DNA from: Vulcanimicrobiota bacterium
GTDB taxonomy: Bacteria; Vulcanimicrobiota; Vulcanimicrobiia; Eremiobacterales; Eremiobacteraceae
Assembly (NCBI GenBank): GCA_963812135.1
Contig: CAWETU010000001.1
Span: forward strand, 800,001-864,000
Direction: 5' to 3'
DNA: 64,000 nucleotides
The translations under genes were made by a program, and so were the position numbers. Shown here piece after piece: positions 58,055-64,000 of the stretch; position 1 is the first letter of the stretch; every line of letters begins with the position of its first letter. A model generated the notes under the pieces. It saw only the letters and a list, made by a program, of their open reading frames with translations. It was not told the origin of the DNA and ran no database searches.

Positions 58055-59058
58055 CCGCTTGAGCGGTGCAGGTGTTGCTCGACGATCTTGTGCGCCGCAG
58101 CGCGCGGGTCCAGCTCGCGCGCGAGCACGGCAGCGAGCACTTGTTCCATCGAGCCGTCGCGCGACAACTCAGCGCTGACGTACTCGCCCACGTGCCGCTG
58201 CACCGCCTCGATGACTTCTTCGCGCAAATGGTCGTGCGAACGTCCCATACGTTGGTCTGCTTCAAGCACGACCTCGTGTTGCAGGCATGCTTGCCACAAC
58301 GCCTCGACGCCTTGTCCAGTCGTCCCGATCGTCTCCAACACCGGCGGCTTCCAACGCCGGCGCCGTTCTTCCGAGCCGCCGAGCGTCAGCATCGATTTAA
58401 GATCGGAAACGGCTTGATGCGCGCCCGGCCTGTCCGCCATGTTCACGACGAACACGTCGGCGATCTCCAACAAGCCGGCCTTGATGGTCTGCACGCCATC
58501 GCCAAGACCCGGCACCGTCACGACGATGATCGTGTCGGCGACCTTGACCACCTCAAGCTCGATCTGTCCGACGCCGACCGTTTCGACGATCACGACGTCG
58601 CGGCCCGATGCGTCCATCGCGCGCACGACGTCGCGCGTCGCGGGCGCGAGCCCACCTGAGTTTTTGCGCGAGGCCATGCTGCGGATGAAGACGCCGGTGT
58701 CGCCGGCATGGCGTTGCATGCGCACGCGATCGCCCAGCACCGCGCCGCCCGTGAACGGACTCGAGGGGTCGACCGCGACGATGCCGACCGTGAGCCCGCT
58801 CTTGCGGATGACGGCGGCGAGTCCATCGACCAGCGTGCTCTTACCGGAGCCCGGCGGGCCGGTCACGCCGATGATGTGCGCGTGTCCGGTGCGCGGATAC
58901 AGCGTGGCGACGAGCGCCGCGGCGGCTTCGTCGTCATTTTCGATGAGTGTGATCGCACGCGCTAACGCCCGCCAATCGCCGGAGAGCACCCGTTCCGCGA
59001 GTTCGACTCCCCGAGTTTTCGCGCTCCGCGCTGTACTGGTCCCGGATTGCATGTGCAT
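58051..59058 (-). CDS. meaB: Methylmalonyl-CoA mutase-associated GTPase MeaB/ArgK
   Basis: ALARAITLIE, GVTGPPGSGKST, AVDPSSPFTGGAVLGDRVRM, ETVGVGQ, KAGLLEIAD. Confidence 0.93.
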   Translation of the reverse strand: MHMQSGTSTARSAKTRGVELAERVLSGDWRALARAITLIENDDEAAAALVATLYPRTGHAHIIGVTGPPGSGKSTLVDGLAAVIRKSGLTVGIVAVDPSSPFTGGAVLGDRVRMQRHAGDTGVFIRSMASRKNSGGLAPATRDVVRAMDASGRDVVIVETVGVGQIELEVVKVADTIIVVTVPGLGDGVQTIKAGLLEIADVFVVNMADRPGAHQAVSDLKSMLTLGGSEERRRRWKPPVLETIGTTGQGVEALWQACLQHEVVLEADQRMGRSHDHLREEVIEAVQRHVGEYVSAELSRDGSMEQVLAAVLARELDPRAAAHKIVEQHLHRSSG

Positions 59059-59110
59059 TTTGTTTCCCGCACCCACTAGGGGTCGCCTGCGATGCATCGA
59101 AGCGCCGCCC

Positions 59111-59893
59111 ATGTCCGCTCTGCGTCTGCGATGCATACTGACCGGTGTTCTCATGCTCGTCGCGATGACGCTTGTGACGCCGGCGCGTGCTGCGGGCTGC
59201 CCACTCTCGGTCGTCGAGCTCAATGTCACGGGGCACGGCACAGCTCGCGGTCTCGTGCGCTATTGGGTGTGGCTCTACGCGGATCCGGGCGGTGAACCAT
59301 TGGCTGCGATGTTGCGTGTGAGTTCGCATCGCCATCTCGATCCCGAAACGGTCTGGGTGCCGGTCATCAACTTTCGGGCGCCCCAGAGTTACGCCGGCGT
59401 CGTCTTCTATTGGCCGAATCAAGACCCGACATGGATCACCGTCGATCACGTCGTTCGCTTTTTGGACGGAAGCACCGTGCAATGCGACGATGAATCGTTA
59501 AGGATCGAGGAGGTCTCCACGACGCCTTTCGACGACAGCAAGGTTGTCACGTCAAACCCTGTCATCGGGCATTCGAGCTATTTCCCGAACATCACATCGG
59601 TGGTCAATCCAACACCGCCGACATCGGATGCTGTTACGGGTGCCCTCGGAACGGTTGTGCTTCGCATATCGGTGCGCGGTGTGGAACACCCCGAATCCAT
59701 CGCCGTCGTGCGCAGTTCGGGCGACAAGGCGATCGACGATGCGGCGAAGGCGGCGGCAACGGCAAGTGTTTTCTCCTCGCTTGAGATCGACGGCGTGCCC
59801 GTTACCGGCGAGTACACGCTCACGTACCGTTTCGCGGGCGCGAAGACGTACGTTAACGTGAAACCGGAGGGGCTTCTCGGGGAGTATGAGTGA
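59111..59893 (+). CDS. Secreted protein with a C-terminal TonB_C-like domain
   Basis: Signal peptide; GTVVLRISV...VVRSSGDKAIDDAAKAAA...F TonB_C pattern. Confidence 0.7.
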   Translation: MSALRLRCILTGVLMLVAMTLVTPARAAGCPLSVVELNVTGHGTARGLVRYWVWLYADPGGEPLAAMLRVSSHRHLDPETVWVPVINFRAPQSYAGVVFYWPNQDPTWITVDHVVRFLDGSTVQCDDESLRIEEVSTTPFDDSKVVTSNPVIGHSSYFPNITSVVNPTPPTSDAVTGALGTVVLRISVRGVEHPESIAVVRSSGDKAIDDAAKAAATASVFSSLEIDGVPVTGEYTLTYRFAGAKTYVNVKPEGLLGEYE

Positions 59894-60841
59894 GCCGCAC
59901 GCTGCGGATTTCCGTACGTAAACCATTTTCCGTGTTCGCGACCGCCATCTCGCACGGTTGGTATCAGACGATGCCCTTTCGGCTGGATCCAAAGCGCGGC
60001 GTGCTGCAGCGCGCTGAGCAACTGATGGATGGCAGCGTCGTTTTGCTTGAGATGTGGGATGAGCCTTCGAGCTCGGCGCGGCTATCGCGACGCGGTCGTC
60101 AAGGTGATCGGTGAGCGCGCCGGCGATCCCGGCGTCGCGCAAGAGATGGCGCGGCGTGCCACGGTCATGCTGCACCTCGACGAAGATCTGCGCGGTTTTT
60201 ACAAGCTCGCGCGCGAGCGCCGCGACCTCGCGCACGTGATCGAGCACGGCGCGGGCAGAGTCATGCGCGCGTCGACGTTATGGGAAGACGTCGTCAAAAC
60301 GGTGCTCGGCACGAACGTGCTCTGGAGCCAGGCTGTCGCCATGATCAACCGGGTCGCCGAGCTTGGCGATCCGTACCCTGACGATCCGACCATGCGAGCC
60401 TGGCCGGGGCCATGGCGGGTCGCGCGCGTCGGTGAGCGCCATCTTCGCGACGTCGTCCGCGCCGGCTACCGCGCGCCCTACATCATCGAGCTCGCGCAAG
60501 CGCAGAATTCCGGCGAGCTCGACCTCGCGTCGATCGAGGCGCAATCGAAGACCGACGAGTCAGACGTTCTCTACAAGAAGCTGCTGGCGCTCAAAGGCGT
60601 CGGCAAGTCGTCGGCCCATTTCCTGATGAATCTGCTTGGCCACTACGACCACATCGCGGTGGATAGCGCGACGTATGCGTACGCCAAGCGCGCGCTCTTC
60701 CGTGGCAAGCGGCCGACCGAGAAGCAGATCAGAAAACGCTTCGCGGAATTCGGCCGTTGGCAGTCGCTGGTCTATTGGTTCGGCCGTTGGGCGATGAAGC
60801 CGGAGTGGTGGGAAGACGCGAGCGGCAGGGCGTCGATGTGA
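59890..60841 (+). CDS. HhH-family DNA glycosylase (AlkA/OGG-like), frameshifted near 60060-60090
   Basis: N-terminal SHGWYQTMPF in ORF 59890; TLWEDVVKTVLGTN, AGYRA, LLALKGVG and IAVDS in ORF 60029. Confidence 0.8.
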
Positions 60842-60876
60842 CTCCAGAGTACACGGCTAGGATGGGGAGTCGCAGC

Positions 60877-62682
60877 ATGACGCCACTCGTGATCCGTTAT
60901 TGCAGCGGGGCGCTTTGCATCTGTCTGCTTGCTTGCGGTTTGGTGATGAGCGCTGCGCCGGCAATGGCAGGCGACGCATCGTACGACCAATTGCAGGCGT
61001 TGGCCCACGACACCGTGTTCGAGTGGGCCAAGCTACACCCGATCTATGCGACCACATTAGGCATTCCCGGCGAGGACGGGATGCTCGATACGCCATCGCT
61101 GGCGGAGGACGAGCACGACCTGGCCTTGATCAAGACGTGGGAGAAACGGCTCGATGCGATCCCACTGGCCGGTGAGCCGCGCCAGGTCCGCGACGATGCG
61201 GCGTTGCTGCGCGCCCAGCTCCTCGCTACGGAGCGCACCTATACCGTCTATCGCCCGGATCGCAAGGATTACTCCGGACCAGGTAATACGATCGTCCAGA
61301 CGATCTTCGTCCAGTTCCAGCACTTGCCGATCGCGGGGCAAAGTGGCGCCACGGCGTCAGACGTCCATAACGCTTGGAACGACATCATCGCGCGTCTCGA
61401 GCACGCGCCCGCGTACATCGCGGCTGGCGAGTCGATCGTGACCGAGCCTGGACACCTCCAAAACGTCGTCGGTTCCGCAGAGCTTGCCGGTGCGCCGGAT
61501 TTTTTCAGCGGCGCACTCACCACGGCCGCGAAAGCGCAGCTGCCGGCGGCTCAGTTCGAGCGCTTCGTCTCGGCACGCGACGCAACGCTGCGGGCTATGG
61601 CCAAGGAAAAAGCCTACATCGATGCGCACGTCGTCGCCTGGCCTGAGAACTTCGTGATCGGCCGGCGCGCATACGAAGCGATGCTGCGCGACGAGCAACT
61701 CATCCCGTACAGCGCTGACGCGATCGAGCATATGGCGGCGGACGAGCTGGCGCATGGATGGGCGGAGTCGTACTGGATCGAGCATCTGGCGAAACAACGC
61801 AACACGCCGCTCGGCCCCTCAACCGGCGGCGGCCTGGCGCCGGGCGGCGCCGCGCTCATCCCGTACTACCGCAAGCAGATCGCGTACTTGCGCCAATTCG
61901 TCACCGAGAATCACATCATCGACGTGCCAGCCTGGCTGGGCGAGATCAAGGTCATCGAGACGCCGAAGTTCTTGCAGCCGGTGTCACCGGGCGCGTCTAT
62001 GGATGCGCCGCGTCTCTTTTCCCCGGAGACGAACGGATTCTATCTGATCACCCCGCCGGTCTCGCTTACCGCGGCCGCGGCGCGCCTGGACCCCAACGAG
62101 GATTTCGATCGCGATCGCATCCTCTCAACAGCGGCGCACGAGGCGATGCCGGGGCACTTCCTCCAGTTCTCGATCGCGCGGCGCAACCCGGACTTCATCC
62201 GCAAGATCGCGTTCAGCTCGTCGTTCTCAGAAGGCTGGGCGTTCTACGGTGAGGAGATGTTCGTGGTGCTCTGGCTGTACGAGGGCCACCTCGACGGGCG
62301 TTACGATGTCGCCCAATGGGAGCGCGTGCGCGGCGCGCGGGCGATCGTTGACGCCAAGCTCGCGAGCGGGGAGATGACCGAGCCGCAAGCCGTCGCATAT
62401 TTCGCGGAGCAGACCGGTTTCAGCAAGGAAGCCGCGAAAGCCGCGGTCGACGGCATCGCGCTCTCGCCCGGTTTCGTCGTCGCATACACCGTCGGTCGCC
62501 AGCAGATCGAGCTGCTCGAGCACGAATATTTCGTGGCGGCGGGCGCGCATGGATCGCTTGCCGACTTCCACGATCGTCTGCTCTGCTACGGCACGACACC
62601 GTATTCCATCGTCGGACCTGAACTGCTCGACGATCTCTCAAAGCCGGTCTCGCAGGTGTGCGCGGTGACCTCGGGAGGCTGA
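60877..62682 (+). CDS. Secreted DUF885-family metallopeptidase-like protein
   Basis: Signal peptide; AHEAMPGHFLQ, SEGWAFYGE, FHDRLL. Confidence 0.9.
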   Translation: MTPLVIRYCSGALCICLLACGLVMSAAPAMAGDASYDQLQALAHDTVFEWAKLHPIYATTLGIPGEDGMLDTPSLAEDEHDLALIKTWEKRLDAIPLAGEPRQVRDDAALLRAQLLATERTYTVYRPDRKDYSGPGNTIVQTIFVQFQHLPIAGQSGATASDVHNAWNDIIARLEHAPAYIAAGESIVTEPGHLQNVVGSAELAGAPDFFSGALTTAAKAQLPAAQFERFVSARDATLRAMAKEKAYIDAHVVAWPENFVIGRRAYEAMLRDEQLIPYSADAIEHMAADELAHGWAESYWIEHLAKQRNTPLGPSTGGGLAPGGAALIPYYRKQIAYLRQFVTENHIIDVPAWLGEIKVIETPKFLQPVSPGASMDAPRLFSPETNGFYLITPPVSLTAAAARLDPNEDFDRDRILSTAAHEAMPGHFLQFSIARRNPDFIRKIAFSSSFSEGWAFYGEEMFVVLWLYEGHLDGRYDVAQWERVRGARAIVDAKLASGEMTEPQAVAYFAEQTGFSKEAAKAAVDGIALSPGFVVAYTVGRQQIELLEHEYFVAAGAHGSLADFHDRLLCYGTTPYSIVGPELLDDLSKPVSQVCAVTSGG

Positions 62683-62701
62683 CAAGAATTTTGAGCTTCG
62701 G

Positions 62702-63906
62702 CTAGCGCAGCGTCGGGTTGACCAGCGTCGTTCCGGGGAAATACGCCGCCAGGATTTGCGCGGCTAGCTGGCCTGCGTTCGCGCGGCCTTTCGCTCCCCA
62801 CTGGCACATGCCGACGCCATGCCCCAGGCCGTGGCCCGTAAACGTGTAGCCTTCGAGGCCGGGCAAAACGTCGAACATCGCGCTCGGCACGACCTTGTAG
62901 CCGAGCACCGAGCTGCATTGCATGTAGAAATGCTGGCCGTCGATGTCGTACGCGGGGGCGCCCGGCCGCGCGATGCGCACCGTTTTCGCCCTGCCGTCGA
63001 TCCAGCGATCCGTGACGATGATGTCGGAAAGATCGCCGACCACCCGGCTCATCGCCTCGGCGGTCACCGAGTTCTGCCACGCGAAGAATGGCGCCGGCGT
63101 GCAATACGGCCGCCCGCTATCGTCGACGTCGGCGATGCCGCCGAGATACGATGGGCCGGGCCGTCCGGTGATCTGGATGGAGGCCGCGGTGTGGCCGCCG
63201 CACACGGCGTGATAGAAGACGTCGGCCGGAGCGCCACCGGCCATCAATATCATGCCAGTGGTCGCTGTGGCGGCGGTGCTGAACGACGGCGTGATGCCGT
63301 CAATGCCGCGATAGACTTGATTCGATGTGTCGTCGGTGACATCATACGGTTTCGTCGCGCTGTGCTGCGGCGGCGCGCAACGCATACGTGCGCGCCACGA
63401 TCGCCTGTGCCTTCATCGATTCGGGCGGCCAGCCCGGGCTGATCTCAGAGACGAGCGTGGACGTGACGTACGAATCGACGTCGACCGCGTTCACCACGAG
63501 CAGCGACGACCCGATGCGCTGCAGCGAGATCGAGCCGTTGTAGTGTCTGGGCGCGATCGGGACTGACGAGACCGTGGCGGTCACGGTGAGAGGCCCCGGT
63601 AGATGAAACGCTGATGGGCGCACTACCTGGCGTTGACGATTCGCGCCGTCAAGCGGTGAGTGCGCCGCTGAGCCCATCGAACGTGAGCGTCGAAGCAGGC
63701 CGCGTGCTCGACCCGATGGAGATCAGCAGCGGCACGGTGCCGGCGATATCCACTCGCGTGACGCTTTGACCGGAGAAGAGATGCACCCGGATCGTCTGCG
63801 GCAGCGCCGGAGGGCTGGTCGGCCGAGCCAATGCGGGCCACGGCACGCTCGACGCGGCCAATGCGACGCCGCCTGCAAGAAAACCGCGGCGCGTGAATCG
63901 GTGCAC
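62702..63906 (-). CDS. SpoIID/LytB-family lytic transglycosylase with Tat signal; two frameshifts (~63655, ~63375)
   Basis: TRRGFL Tat motif (ORF 63649..63906); SEISPGWPPESMKAQAIVARTYA (63342..63677); QVYRG and GHGLGHGVGMCQWGA (62702..63385). Confidence 0.85.
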
Positions 63907-64000
63907 GACCTACTCTTTGGGCTTTGATCGAACGCCTTCCTCGCCGCGCCGGAGCGCGAGGCGGCGCGCTGACGGTCACCGAAAGGGCGGCGCATGTTCA

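Overview
High-GC, gene-dense bacterial chromosome segment made up mostly of housekeeping and accessory metabolic genes. A TonB-C protein, a DUF4760-like membrane protein and the overall gene style suggest a diderm soil lineage such as Candidatus Eremiobacterota; this taxonomy is inference only. Recognisable blocks: SWIM-SNF2 helicase; type II NADH dehydrogenase and an Ada-like methyltransferase; an ABC-2 exporter operon with an embedded secreted Kelch protein; tryptophanase with two hotdog thioesterases; a solitary rpoZ; queE-queD; EF-G-like protein with M1 aminopeptidase and amidohydrolase; ACT-malic enzyme with 2-oxoacid dehydrogenase E1a/E1b/E2; a complete suf cluster with a divergent SufR-like regulator; typA, meaB, DUF885 and SpoIID. 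I saw no rRNA, tRNA, CRISPR array, transposase or prophage. The most interesting locus is 36.8-43.8 kb. It holds a translationally coupled luxE-like/luxC-like/class-III aminotransferase operon with no luciferase (candidate acid->aldehyde->amine pathway), followed by a DnaA-box cluster and a ~250-nt highly structured, apparently non-coding RNA with its own sigma70 promoter and terminator. A GTAG-type REP palindrome occurs about 8 times; one copy is read in frame inside SufD and three supply stop codons. At least 7 genes are frameshifted, mostly near the window ends, probably from assembly errors.
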